64,000 nucleotides of DNA from Lama guanicoe (GCA_013239625.1 MU054187.1:2987757-3051756), one strand, 5' to 3'; positions 1-13,857 are shown, counted from the first letter of the stretch. The notes: generated by a model not told the origin, from the sequence alone. A program made the numbers and translations.

Positions 1-1869
1 GCTCAGCGGTCCCAGCAGAAGGAGACCCCAGGTGAGGGGGAAGGAAACAAATGATGACTGCGCAGACGCTGTGCGCATTCACATCCACCTGTGTCTAACG
101 GGGGATGAAATGGCGTAACCGGGTAAAGGGAACGAGGTAGCCCAGGTCTGAGGTTGTGCTTTGGCAAGAAAGATCCAAATGGCCGTGCTAGAGTTCAAAA
201 ATTCTTATCATCGTGCAAATTTCACATGCACAAAAGATACAGTGACTCCGATTCATTTCAAAGGAAAGAAAGAACCCAGCTTTCCAGAGGGTAAAATGTT
301 TATGGAAAACCATGTGACCGAAGAGCCGAGGAGTCTGAAGCCAGACGCGGTGGGTTAGTGTTGCACACGGTGGCCTCGGGCAAGTGGCCGGAGGGTTGGG
401 CCGTGGCTTCCTCGAATGGGAACGGAAGCAATCCTCACTTCTCAGGGCTGTGGAGAGCGCCGAAAGCACTGCACGTGGGAAGTGTCTTGCTCGTGGAAAA
501 TGTGAAACGAACGCTGACTATCTTAGCTCCGCTTCCCGGGGAGACATCCACGGTAGGCGCTGCCTCTGAGCGCCCTGCGAGCTGCCCGTTACCTTCTCAC
601 TGGCCTTTAAACGAAGGTGAGGCCAAGCACGAGGAGGGGCTGGACGGTCAGAGAGACTTCAGCTCAAACTCCGGCTCCGCTGCTGACGAGCGGAGCCAGC
701 CCTGGAAAGCCCCTCGCGGGGAGGCCGGGCGGCAGCACGAGCGGCGCTTACGGCACCTGGCTCTGGGTTTGAAGTCTCGTCTCTCTTTCCTCCCTGCCAC
801 ATCGCGGTCGTGTGATGTGCAGGAACTTGTCCCACCTCCACTGATCCTTCTGTTAATTGGGGATGATGAAGTGTATTTCTCAGAGTATCAGGAGGAATGC
901 TAATAATGGCTGATGTTTCTCAGTTTGCGTCTCGGGAGTGTGAAACAGAGCACGGACGGGCGGGCCGTCCCGTCGTGCTGACAAGGCCTGGGGACGCGGA
1001 GGGTCCGCTTCGGGGCAACACTCAGAGGGGGAGCTTGGACAGTGACGCAGGTAAGTGCCCCTTTCCTTCCCCCGTGTTGCCCGTGAATTGGGTTTTAAAG
1101 CTCTGCTCTTGAAGGAGACTTGTGGACGAGAGATCATTTATGCTTTTGAAGTGAATAAAGAAGTATGATTCTTAAAACTCACCAGACAATCTGGTGTGTA
1201 GGGAGCTTGGGCGAAGGGCGTTGAGCAGATCTGCAGACTTCTGAGTCTCCCATATGTGAGAAAAGCAAACTGTCACTTGAAGGGTCCGGTGCTTCCACAA
1301 GGCTCACCAGGCTGAGTCCCACGCCACACGGGCTGCCTGTAAAACGGGCAGAAAAGGAATAAGGTTTCTAAAGATACTCACCTCCAGAATGTGGTTTGTC
1401 CTCAATGACCCTCGTGACTGCTTTCACAGAGCCTACGGACAGGACACTAGGCAAACGTTTCAGTGGCTGTAAACCCTACAGATCCTTCTAGGTCTCCAGG
1501 AAGAGGGGCAGGAGACGGGGCGTGATTCACACACAGTGGCATAGAAAGCCAGTTGCCATCACGGAGCGCAGCTCTGCTATTTGGGGCCTGTAAGGCCTAT
1601 TCTATATCATTCATGAAGGAGAGATGCCATCGTCCCCCAGCCCAGGCAATGGTCCCTTAGTGACAGGCAGCGCCCCCAGCTCTGATCTGGAAGGGTGGTG
1701 CAGCCTGAGAAAGGCCGGGAACAGCAAGCCATCTCCTGCCTGCAGGTTCAGTGCTGTTTCTCCACATTCTCCTTGTGACCAAAACCCAAAAGCAATGCTG
1801 GAGTCTCAGCTGAAGCTCATCGCGACTGGAAATCCATCCACTAGGGCGGCAAATAGGTTAGTGGAACGG

Positions 1870-3010
1870 ATCTTGTAAATACTCTTACTTATAGTTAATT
1901 AATTTCCACAAAAGCATGGAAGTGATTCAATGGGAAAAGAAATATCTTTTCAAAAAAAGGTGTTAAAACAACTGGTTAACTACATGGAAAAAGTGACCTC
2001 TGACACCTTTGTCAGACCTTAATAAAAATTGTATCCAATAAGAATCACGGACCTAAACGTGAAATTTTAAAAGTACATGGCTTCTAGATTTGAGCATGGG
2101 ATGATATGTTTTTGACTTTTAGGTAGGTGAAAATTTCTTAGAACACTGAAAGCAAAAGAGAAAAAAAAATAGAAAAGGATAAATTAGACTTTATCAGAAT
2201 TAAGACTTTTGCTCTTCAAAAGATACCATTAAAAATAGAAAGACAAATAAAAGACTGGAGAAAATATTTGTGATCCTCGTATCTGACACAGGGTTGGTTC
2301 CAGAACAGATTAAAAAAATTTTTAAGTAAAAAAGTACAAGAAAAGAAAAAAAACAGGAACAAAAAGGGCAGAAGGCTTGAGCAGACTTCAGAGAAGATCT
2401 CTAAATGGCTCACGAACTTACCAGAAGTGCTCAGGATCGACAGTCATCAGGGAAAGGCAGATTAAAAGCACACGAGGAATCCACTCCACCCCATCAGAGT
2501 GACTAACTACAAGTGCACAGGACGTTAGAGCCTTCGTACGTTGCTGGCGTGTGCGCGTGACGGTACAGCCGTTTCGGAGAGCAGTTTGCCAGACACTTAC
2601 AAATTTACACACAAACTCTTCTATGACAAAGCAAAACCATGCGCCCATATCTGCAAGAAGAGGTTTATATAATAATGTTCATGGTGGCTTTATTTGTAAG
2701 TTCCTAAAACTGAAAATAACACACATGTCCATCAAGAGGAGAGTGGAGAAATATGTTATAATATTCATACAGGGGAATACTTCTCAATCATAAAAAGAAC
2801 CAGCCCCAACAACACGGGATGCACTTAAAAACAAAGCCATGCCGTGTAAATGGAGAAGGTGCAGGGAGAGCACCAGCTTCAGGGTTCCATCCCGGGAAAG
2901 TCTAGAGAACAGGCGAAACTAAGTTACAGTGATAGAAATCAGAGCGGGGTCAGCTCCTGCTGGGGGAGGCTTAGTGGAAAGAGGGACAAAGGAGCTTTCT
3001 AGGTTGATGG
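1870..3010 (+). mobile_element. Old L1 (L1M-type) ORF2 end/3'UTR fragments
   Basis: A-rich L1 hallmarks: 'attcaatgggaaaagaaatatctttt', 'gacctaaacgtgaaa', 'aaattagactttatcagaattaagacttttgctcttcaaaagatacc', 'tggagaaaatatttg', 'gtgatagaaatcagagc'. Confidence 0.8.
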
Positions 3011-3039
3011 TTAAAATGAAAAACATAATTATTTTTTCC

Positions 3040-3580
3040 TGTGTAGAGAAAAGCCCAGTCCTTCCCTGGTACAATTATTTTTTTCCTGTAAGTCTCCTTC
3101 ATGACTCACATAAAACAGTTCCCTTCTGGTCACCAAATGTGTGGAAGTCCTTCCCCCACCAAACAATTCTTGTGACACCAGATGGGTGCCCTATAATTTA
3201 ATTCAGCTTGGATGCTGTTGACCCAGAGATGGTGTCAGATCCCACCGGCTGAGGGCTCAGTCCCACACGCCTGCTCCCCACCTCCCACCAGCACATCCGC
3301 GCTTTACATGCCAGTCGCAAGCTCAAGTTAGCTCTGGTGCTTCCAACCATCCTGCCACAGATCAGAGGTTCCAATGACCCTCTCTTTCGGTTCAAATAAT
3401 TTGCTAGAGGAGCTCACAAAACTCAGAGAAACACTTCCTTACATTTATCAGTTTATTAAAGGATAGGATAAAGGATACAGATGAACAGCCAGATGCAGAG
3501 ACACACAGGATGGGAGATCTAGGAGGGTCCAGAGCTGAGGAACTTCTGTCCCCATGGAGTTGGGGCATTACCCTCCTAGT
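3040..3580. mobile_element. MER21-like LTR fragment
   Basis: 'caattcttgtgacaccagatgggtgccctataattta...gagatggtgtcagatcccaccggctgagggctcagtcccaca...aatttgctagaggagctcacaaaactcagagaaacactt...aaggatacagatgaacagccagatg' resembles MER21. Confidence 0.75.
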
Positions 3581-6500
3581 GGTACAGAAGGTCTAAGAGC
3601 CACCAAGTAGAAACAAGACTTTTACATTTTTTATCCCAAACTGTGGCCTTGTAGGCCCAGATTCATCTTGGGGTGGAATTGAGGGAAAGGATTGTGGTGA
3701 GAGATGGGCAGGAATTAGGGCTTCCAGTCATGTCAGGATGTGCAGCTCATGGCATGTGTTTGCATTGTCATCATGACACTAAAAATTATTGCCATTCTCT
3801 TCATTTTATGGATTAGGAAACCAAGGCTAAGAGAAACAAAATTGCCATCTTGAGGTTGCAGGGCCAGTGAGTCAGAACCAAACTGGAGAGTGCCCAAGAC
3901 TCCAGTCCCCTATTCCCTCCATTCCTGGACAATTTTCGACAAGAAGGTTAGGAGCCAGCAGTCTCTGTGTCCTGATAGGACAGAGACACTCTATCCTGGG
4001 CTGGAGAGTAGACTGAGGAGGTATGATTTAAGAGCTAATGGGAAACTCCACCTTTTCATCACCCCACTCGACCCCAATACCTGCGGGTTTGGAACTCTAC
4101 AGTCAAAGATTCATAGATTTGAGATTAATTACTTTCATAGGCATTTTTAAAAATCGAAATATCCCTGAAAAAAAAAAAACTAGCTTCCTCCATCACTCCT
4201 ACGTTAGCCTTGTGCTTGTCTGCCAGATGGCTTCCCTCTGGCCAGCTGACTCCAGCCTCACGAGAGCACAAGCTACACGCTTGGAGAGGAAGGGGACTGT
4301 CTCCTGGAAGGTGGAAGGAGGTGGACCCTCCTGCTGAGCAGAAAGAGCTCCTCCTTCACCCCTCGTACCACCGAGAGCCTGCTCTTTCCTCAGGGGAGTG
4401 TGCATCAACAGAGGGCAAAGATGATTCGTGGGTCCTGCTAAGTCCAGAACCTAGGTTTGAGCTCTGGTGGGAGAGTGGGTCCTCCCAGAGGGGGAACATA
4501 AAGGGGGGGGGGACTTTCAGAAGGCAGATTTCCAAGCTTACTGCTTCAGTTTAACCTGCTTTTCTGATGTTTTCCAGTTAAAGTGCTAACAAATCTTATT
4601 TTTATATTAATTTACTTGGCAGGAAGTTCATGACGAACACTGACAAGCTTGAGATGCAAGAAAAAAAAATCTCAGCCTCTTCCATTACCGATGAAAGGAG
4701 GGAAAGAGGAAATCAGCGCTGACCCTGGTGCTGAAATCATTCTTAAACTCCAGGAGGCGGAAGGTCCGGACGCAGTCCAACAGGGTACCCAGGTAAGGCG
4801 TATGCACATAGCGCTAAGGGTACAGGTAACGATGCTGACGTCCACGGACACCGTCATTCTCTTCATTTTCTGATGTAAAAGACATCTTTGCAATACTTGA
4901 TGTTTATGCCGGTTACGTTTTTTCCCTTCTTAAGGCTCAGAGCATTGGCTGCTGAACTACCTGCTTGGGTGTAGGCAAAGGAGCAGGCTGGGTAACGAGT
5001 GTGAGGCTCCGACCACACAGTCAGGGTATCATGGCGGTTGGTGGGTGTTCCCCCGGTCCCTCCAGGTTAAACTCTTACTTTTTTAATATCTGTTCTCTTT
5101 GCACAAGACCCGTTCTGTCGCTACTTCCTGTGCCATTGCTCTGATTGTCACACAAGGCTGTGATGGCTTCCTCAGTCTCCCTCCCACGTAACATTGCTAG
5201 TGAGTTCCAGAATCCTTCAAGATTTCCTCCTCTAACAAGACATGTTTACCCTGACAACCACATTTGCAGGCTCTCTCTCCCCAAACAGGCTGATGGAGAA
5301 GGAAGACAGAGAGACAAAAGCTGGCCAAGGGCATCTCACCCTCCTAAGGATAATTGCATATGTCAGAACAAAGGACCAACTGCTGGAGGAAGAGGCCCGG
5401 AGGACTACAAGGAGCACGAGGGGGTCGGACGGCGGCCGTGAGAGCCTGCAGGAGGCGGCAGGGCAGCACCGGCGTCTCACACCTGAGAAGGACACTCGCG
5501 TTTCCCACTCTGGAAATGAAGCTGGCCGTCACCTGCCCTGCTTCTGTCCGAGCGCGTTGTATTAAGTGTCATCTCTGGGACAGCCTCTGGAACCATACGT
5601 TTTTCTTGCCTGTGTATTTATAATGCTCTGAAGGTTTTAATCTGAAGTTTGTTGCTGTCTTTTTACCAATAGTTTTTGAAAACTAATCTTACATTTTCAA
5701 ACTAAAAGGAGGGAGGAGCTGAGCCGCGGGACAAAACCCCAAGCACTGATCTGCCTCCTGCTTCTCTCCCACTGGGCTCCCTGTGCTCTGAGTGCAGCGA
5801 GAATAAACAGTGAAGTGTCGGGGCGTCTTGCACAGCTTCTCAAGCTGCAGCCCCAACCTTTCCTGCCCCAAACCATTCAAACCGAAGTTCAGATCCATTC
5901 ATCTGGGGCTCAGGTCCTCTTTGGCTTCTTCATTTCATCTGAACTGGATGCCCTTATGGTTTCTCAAGTTCACTCCACCCCAGCCCCGTCCCCAGAATCT
6001 TCATCTGTCAAAATCCTGCTAATTCTTGATGGTCCATCTTGATTCCTTCCCCTTGATGTAAACTCTACCTCTGTCCATCCCCTTAGCACACTTGCAGGGG
6101 GTGGTCTGTGTGTGCTCCATCCATTCTGCCCTATATCACTCGGTGTCCTTTGCAGTTTCTAGTGCTGTAGTGTAGTGTCACACAGCTCTGGTGACATGAA
6201 ATGACTGTTTGCTGAGTCCCTTTGTGAAATTATACTTGGGTGGGGACCTCATCCCTCTTCAAAGTTAAGAACTGTTAGCTGATAACTTGAAAAGTATATT
6301 TCTCATGTTTAAAGAAGAGAATATTAATTCTGGGCGAACACAGAAGGCATCCTTCGTCCATCTCTTTGGTGCAGTCACGAACCTGAACCAGCCAAGGTCT
6401 CAATTTTTAATGTCCTGACTTCTCCATATTTTAATAGCCCCATATCTTTCTATTTTAAAGGCTGAGACATTGCATATTAAAACAAAGAATCTGGGACAGC

Positions 6501-7789
6501 TAGAGAGAACTGAAACTGGGCATAATGGAAAAGGACTTGGTAAGTTCTCTTTAAGGAAAATTTAACTGAATTGGACTTACCCCAGATATCTATCAGTGTC
6601 TTTTATATTCAAAGCAACTTCCACTGACTGTGTTGCTAAGTGTGTGGGGAGGAAGGCTGAAAAGACCAGGGTGACCAGCTGTCCCTTCTGCAGTGCATTT
6701 GAATGAGGCCTGTGCTTCCTCACTTAGCAGCTGTAGAGGCTGTTCGCTGGGCTTGCTGCTATTTTTGGGTCTGCCGTCTTCACACAGAAGAGAAAGAAGA
6801 GAAGTCAGGCCCTCCCTGGCAGCCCCCTCCTCCCGTCCTGCTGCTCTCTGTCCACTTTCCCTGGGGTTAGGACGGCGAAACAGCATGCAGCCCTGTGATT
6901 TCTGTTCCCTCTTTTCAGTTCACTTTATTGCAGTGGCTTCTTATCCAATCCACAGTCGAACATTAACCTCACTTCTGGAGCAGCAGAGAAGCTGCAAGCA
7001 CTGTTTCAGTAGAGGCAGCTTGCTGGCTGCATTCCAAGGCTTCACCACCCCCCCATCTAGAGGTTTATTAATGGGTATTAGCTCCAGGGTGACACTGGTT
7101 AAACCGCCCAGAACAATGCCCTTGAAGTGTGAGGTACATCCAAACCTCCCAGCCACATGTTGTCCCCAGTCAACCTGCTGTCCCCGGCATTACGATCCAC
7201 AGCCCAACCCAGACGCTCCATGGACGCGGCACCATCCTGAACGCAGCCCTGGGGTGTGCTCACTGGATGTCTTGCCCCAGGGAGCATTCCTTGTGCTCGT
7301 CTGGATCTTAATTGGTGAAGGAAATCTCTGGCTTTATGCAGATGGATGTGTAACATCTATTTCGCATGGCTCACTCTTCCTCACTGGGCGATGGGCCATT
7401 AGAACACATTTTCTTGCATAAACCTCCAGGCTCTAGACTTTATGCTTCTGGCCTACAGTCACTGACGTTGAGGACCTTCCGCTCCTGCCCACCAGGTCCT
7501 CCCATGTGGCTAGAATACTTTGTTCCTTTGACTTCACTCCATTTTAGCTAAACAGCTTAAATGTCCCCTACTGTGACCTCCACACGCAGCCCCCGTGTTT
7601 TCCCACCTAGCAGGGAAGACCTGGGGGAAACGCGGACTTGCTAGTGTTTCCCTCTAAACAGCATTCAGTGGAAACCATCCTAGAATATTCGTACAGTTTA
7701 TAAACCTCCATGGTCTAACTGATGTAAACGCACAGGATCCTCCAGAGCCAATCCTGGCCCTTCTCCTCCTGGAGACAGGCACTGGGGTG

Positions 7790-7970
7790 GCGCTGGAGAC
7801 TGACTTGAGTTCATCACTGGGCTCTGTCCCTTGTGAGCTTCCGCCCTCTGGAAACTATTCACTTCCTCTCTCCTTCAGGTAAATTTTCTGCACAATGAGA
7901 GTAGTCATGGTGCCTGCACCACAGAGTTGCTGTGCAAAATTATACAAATAAACATAAATTAGTTAAGCTT
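7790..7970 (+). mobile_element. MIR SINE fragment
   Basis: 'gactgacttgagttc...ggctctgtccctt...cacttcctctctcc...tctgcacaatgagagtagtcatggtgcctgcaccacagagttgctgtg' resembles the MIR core. Confidence 0.55.
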
Positions 7971-10479
7971 TGAAAATTCTCATTTATGTAAACAATGTTA
8001 TTTGATATATGACTTATAAAAATCTATGAAGTCTTTGAAATCCAGTTTTCAGAGTGTTGTAACTGGCCAGGATCTTGCCTGCAGTGGATAATTGACAGAT
8101 GAATTCCTTTGATCAGTTTTTGATAATCCATGTTTCCCTTCCTGGTTGTGATTATGATAAGGATTTGAAACCCTTATCTTTCTTCAGTAGTTTAAAGGTC
8201 ATGGGAAAAATATGTAGAAACTTTTGGTGTCCCCTTATTCTCATCATTTTAAGACATTAGAGGCTGACTAATTTTGGGAACCAATATCGATATATACTGA
8301 GTCTTTCCTAAAATCTTAGCATGCAGAGAATCATATATTTCAATCAAAACTTCCGTGAGCATTCATAAATGCACTTAGATATGCCTGAGCTGACTGTTGC
8401 CTTCATGTGTTTTGTCATAAGTGAAATCAGTAAATTCCGTGTCAGCATTTCTCCTCAGAATGCTGGTAGAAAAAGTATATTTCTTATAGTCTATGAACAC
8501 AAATCAGCCAAGATCACTTAGGCCAAGAAAACCACCACTCAACGTTTACTAAATGTCGGAACTGTGGTGGGATGTTGCTGCAGAGTGAGCTGGTTCTGTA
8601 CAAGTGAGAGGGACACACAACACCATTCTCTGTGATCAGCGCTGGTGCTTGTGTTGGTAGAAAGTTACAGTTTGGCGGGTCTTATAAACGGCTTACAGCA
8701 GTCCTGTAATCTTATCAATGCAGTCGCTGAAGCTCAAAGAGGTGAAGATCACAAAGCTAGTCATCTTGTGACCAAGTTCATCGATCTTCTCGCCACACCT
8801 GCATAAATCAGAGCAGCCCGTGAAGAGAAAATGCAGCTCCTTTGAAGGGTTCAGAGTGGACATCTGGAATTGCCATGAGCTTACGGAAATCTGAAACCTA
8901 TGAAACAAGTAAGTGCGGCCCAAAGCCCCGAAATGATGCAGATCTTTTCTTTAAGTCTGATCTACTCAGAAATCTGTTTTTCTCAGAAAAAGTAAAACCT
9001 CCCCTGACTGGCCGTCTTCGCTGGCCAGAGCGCCGAGACCGACAATGCTAGGCTAGAGCACCTGTGTTGCATGGTGCTTCACGGTGGGAGAAAGAGCAAA
9101 ATCAAAACGTAAAATTGGTCGTGTTGATTTGATCTGATTCACTAAGCTGCTGTCCTGACTGTACTTTAAATGAGATCAAAACTCTCCTTCAGAGTTTCGA
9201 GAATTGTCCTCATAACCCCTACCCTCACCACTGACTTTCTTAAATGCCATGACAGCCATGTGTTACTGCTTTGGCGTGGGGTGTGGGGACAATGGTAAAT
9301 AACTCTCAGGTCATCTCTCTCTACAAGCGTCAGGACAGCAGTAAGGATAAAAGCACAGAGAGTCTTTGTCTGTATCTGAATGTTTGCATACCAAAATATT
9401 TTGTCACTTGAATACTTTCCCCCAATAGCTTATGACTGTTTTCTTTTTTAAAGTAGAAATCTTAGAAATGTTCAGGAAGAAAACGCAGTTCCTTCTTTGC
9501 CATAGGTCTGTACGTGGATTTGGGTTTCATCTTGGAGTGGAAACACCTTTTAATCTGTATTTTCTTAGTCTAGTGACACACTCTCATCTCTGCCTCTCGT
9601 CCTCCTACCTGGCTTCATGGCGTTACAATACATGATCTGGATCAAGATTCTTTTGATCGCTGGAGATAGACTCTGGACTCAAATGAGCTCAACCCAAAAA
9701 GGAAATTTATGCATTTGGTCTCTTAGGAAGCTCAGAGTGGATCTTGGCCTCACACAAGGCTGAAGGTAGGAACTCAGACAACATTGTCAACTTTTCTCTC
9801 TTTTTGCTCTCTCTCCTCTTTCCCAGAACTTCTTCTGATCCTCTCTTGCTGAAGATGTAACTCCATCTGGGGCAGGGTGGGTGGCAAGACGGAACCCCAG
9901 GCCCATAACTTCCCAGTGTCTCCACCTAGCCTCGCTTGTGGAGAGACTTCCTCTCTTCCCATGGACTCTGACGTCAGGTCCCCAGCCGTGGGCTAATAAC
10001 TATGGCCAAAGGGATGGGTTACTGCGGCAGGTCCAGCCTGTCACGCCTGCCCTTCAGGTGAAGGCTGAGACGGGGACACAGTATCAGAGCCACAAGGAAT
10101 GAGAAGCGCTGCCAACAGCAGGGGTTATAATCAGCAAAAGGACACGGGAGAATGTGGCCGGCAGACCGAAGACAGCAGCGACCGTGGTCCGGTGCGCGTG
10201 GCTTCGGGTGCTGCGACGAGGCCGGCCCGGGCGCGGCTGGCGGATCCCGCCCGCACGGTCTGCTGCTGCTGCTGCTGACTCGGCCCCAGCTGAGGAAACG
10301 CCCCACCCCTTCGGCACCCTGGGGCTCTCAGTCATTGCCCCTTTCATGAGCCTCCCCCTGTCCTCTCTGCCACGGACGGACAGGTGAGGCTGAGCTCAGC
10401 TGTCCTGCCGAAGGACAGAGACAGGCCTGTGAGCGACCAGGGGCCGCGGTCACTAGAGCGCAGGCCCTGGCGGCAGAGA

Positions 10480-10660
10480 AGACGCAGGGTCACACTCCAG
10501 CTTGACACCTCGGCGACCTCGTGACCCTAACTTCTCTGAGCCTCGGTTTCTATCTCACTGGGGTCTTGTGAGGATTTATTAAAATAATGTATGTAAAGCG
10601 TTCAGCATAACATGCAGTGACAGGTTCGTTCTTCATAAGCGACAGTTGCCATTATTATCA
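10480..10660 (+). mobile_element. MIR SINE fragment
   Basis: 'taacttctctgagcctcggtttct...gggtcttgtgaggatttattaaaataatgtatgtaaagcgttcagca' is the MIR core. Confidence 0.7.
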
Positions 10661-13051
10661 AGAATATCTTCTGATTTCCCCCCCGCCCGCTGCTCAAGCC
10701 GGGAATGGAGAGCGGCAGCCTGGGGGCCTGGGGCCCTCTTGAGTTAAGAGCCCGGTGTCACAGCGACACGCACGTCGCTGCATCGGCGCACAGAGCGCCC
10801 TCAGACAACAGCTGTGTGTCGTCTCATCGAGCTCTCAGAGCCCCACTGAGCTGCATGTCATTAATATCCAGCTTTCAGGGAGGAAGAGGAAGCCCGGTGG
10901 GGCTGCGATTTTGTCGGGTCACGTAACTGGGGAGTCACAGGGACAGGATTCGCACGGAGGCCTCTGGACCCCAGATGCCGTCCCCTCCCAGTCCTCCCGT
11001 GCTGGGAGGACCTGCTTTCCTGGGCTCGCTCATCAGACGCATGATGGAGAGCGATGGGGGCTCGAGGAGACCCTGACCGTCCTCGTTAGCTCACCAAGGG
11101 TTTGCACGTTCTTGGCAGGGATTGTCCCCAGAGGTGAAACCAGCTGGCATGCTGTGCCCTGTTTGGGAGCAAAGAGGAGGGCAGAGTTGAGAAGAAGGAG
11201 GAGACGCTGAGGGAAAGAAAGGAAAGGAGGAAGGTCGGGATGAGGAAAACTGAAGTCTGCCTCACAGAGCCAGTGGGGCGCCAAAGTTGTCCTTTAAACG
11301 TATTGCGCTTCTGGATACAAGAAAACAGCTCGTTCTTGTCCAAAGGCAACAACGGTTAGTGAGGGAGCCTGAGAAAGGAGCGAGGGAGACAACAGTGCTC
11401 GTTTTAGGACTCACTTGAATTAGGTTTCTCTCTGAATGTCTAAAACTTTTAACCTTGAAAAAGTGACATCTTTTGGGATTTCTGTAAGTGCAAACTTATT
11501 TCGTTCATTTAGTTTATGATTATTTAGTTTATTCCCCTTCCCATACAAAGTCTCGGATTTTAACTTATGTATCTTTTTATTCAAAATCTCACCCTATAAA
11601 ATACTCTGTATCTAATCTTGACACAGGCATTTAATTTTTAAACCCGATTTCCAGCTGTATCCAGTTTTCTCTGATAACTGCACCTTCTCTTAGGGAAGAG
11701 TCTTGATCTCTTGAAGACAGCAGCAAACACATGTAAGTGACACATGTCCTACACACTTGAGCTTTGCAGAATGTCAGAGGATGCGTCCAGGGACTGGCTT
11801 TACCTGCAGATCCCACGTGGCCTGTCACGCCCCTCTCCAGCTCTGACTTGGGCCCTCCCATCGTCCTCTTGCTCCCACTGGCCTCCTGGCCTGCTGGCTG
11901 TGACGCCAGTGCGCCAGGAGCCCTCCTGCCTCCAAGCGCTTGTGCAGGAAGGCTCCTCCCCAGATACCAGCACAACTCACTGCTTCTCCATCAGGCCTCT
12001 GCTCAGTGACACCTGCCGGAGAGGCCTCCCTGAGGACCTGACGCAAAACGACACGTCCTGTTCCCTGTTCTCAGCCTTCTTGCCCTGCCTTTTCGTTGCT
12101 CGTAGCCCTTGTCAGCACCTCAGCGTGTATCTGCCATGGTGTTCATTTGTGTTCTCTTTTTCCCCTAGACGGGCCCACGTGGGTACTTAGTAAATATTTG
12201 TGGAATAATTGGATAAATAAAAGAATGAGCGAAGAACAGATACCAAGCTGGCTTTAGGGACCGCCTCTGTCTCCTCTCCCGTCTCTTGGTGTCTCTGCTT
12301 CGCTCTCTGTTTGCTTTGTTCTTGTTCTTTCAACCGACTTCTGACTCTCTGCCCCCTCATGACAGTGGGGACGCAGAGCCTAATGATGGGCTCACCCCCA
12401 GCTCTGCTCACAGCTCCACCCACACGTTTGCCTCCCACTTCTGGTCCCCTCTGTCTCTTAGTTCAGAGACACTATTTACCCAGCAGGAATTTTCCTTGTT
12501 AGTTTTCTGTCTTTAGGTTTTTGGAAGAGGGGGGTTAGGTACTACAGCCCTTGCTACCTGCTCCTTGCAGGGGGGGATTCTTCCAGAAATGAGCGTGGAG
12601 AGAAGGCAGGCACTTGAAATATGTTTTTCAGGGTAAGATTTCAGCAGAGGGAAGCAGAGAAAGGAGCTAGTATGTTTGCTGAGTCCCTGATAATTGCCAA
12701 GAATCATGCTCAGCACGTGGAACCTCTCTGCCGGCTTTCCAAGCTGGACCTCACCCTCCCCTTCTCACAGAAAGGTGAACCCATCAGGACAGGATGTTAG
12801 ACTGGTTCAGGGGAAATGGAGTTTCAAACCCTGGGTGGCTGACTCCAAAATCACTGTTCTTTCCTAGAGAACACTGGAAAATGTTTTACCTTTCGATGGG
12901 GTTGACTTTAGAGTGGAAAAGAATGTGAGGGAGGGCTCATAATGGAAGGAACATTTGAGACAAGTCAGGTACAGTGTGGGCCGGCATGAGAGAAAGACGC
13001 TGCCGATGGAGGGAGCGGTACGAGAGAAGGGACAGGTGGCAAGAAGGCAGG

Positions 13052-13650
13052 GGTGTTTTTCTTTCTCTTTCCAGCTTACTTCACTTAAAATGATGATCTC
13101 CACTTCCATCTATGTTACTGCAAATGGCATTATTTATTCTTTTTTTACTGCTAAGTAGTATTCCATTGTATAAATATACCACAATTTCTTTATTCAGTCA
13201 TCTGTCCTTGGACATTTAGGCTGTTTCCATGTCTTGGCTATTGTAAATAGTGCTGCTGTGAACATTGGGGTGCATGTATCTTTTCTAATATCACTCAGAT
13301 GTGGAATCTAAAAAAAGAAAATTAAAAAAGAGGACACTAATGAACTCATCTACAAAAGAAACAGGCTCGCAGACATAGTAAATAACCTTATGGTTACCAG
13401 AGAAAGGGGGTGGGAAGGGATAAATTTGGGAGTTTGAGATTTGCAAATGTTAACAGCTATATATAAAAATAGGTTAAAAAACAAATTTCTCCTCTAGAGC
13501 ACAGGGAACTATATTCAATATCTTGTAATAACCTTTAATGAAAAGGAACATGAAAATGAATATTGTATATATATGCATGACTGGGAAATTACGTTGTACA
13601 CCAGAAATTACAGAAATCAGCACATTGTAACTTTTTTTCAACAAAAAAAA
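13052..13650. mobile_element. 5'-inverted (twin-primed) truncated L1, cetartiodactyl-type 3' end
   Basis: 13052-~13288 is L1 3' sequence on the minus strand; ~13288-13650 is the adjacent L1 3' end on the plus strand with an A-rich tail. Both match the colinear copy at 33605-34262. Confidence 0.85.
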
Positions 13651-13857
13651 GGAAAGGGGAGCACAGAGGGGAGGGGGGAAGAAAAGGAGCTGGAAAGTCA
13701 TTTGGGATCAGTTCATGCAAGACCTTCAATGCCAGGCTAGGGGCTTTGGATCCAATAGACTTCATACAACTGGGGTTGCAAGTTTCTGACGAACAGAAAG
13801 ACTCAGTTTTTCTGGCATGCATTTTAGAAAGTGGGGTTTTCCATTGCTATAATGACT

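Noticed and set aside
358..903. 181-aa ORF
   Set aside because: GTG start in a GC-rich patch with no recognisable homology.
5050..5620. Possible LTR or processed pseudogene with overlapping short ORFs
   Set aside because: Could not assign a family; no poly(A) tail, target-site duplication or recognisable peptide.
6693..7421. 242-aa ORF
   Set aside because: Non-ATG start, no recognisable domain and random-like composition.
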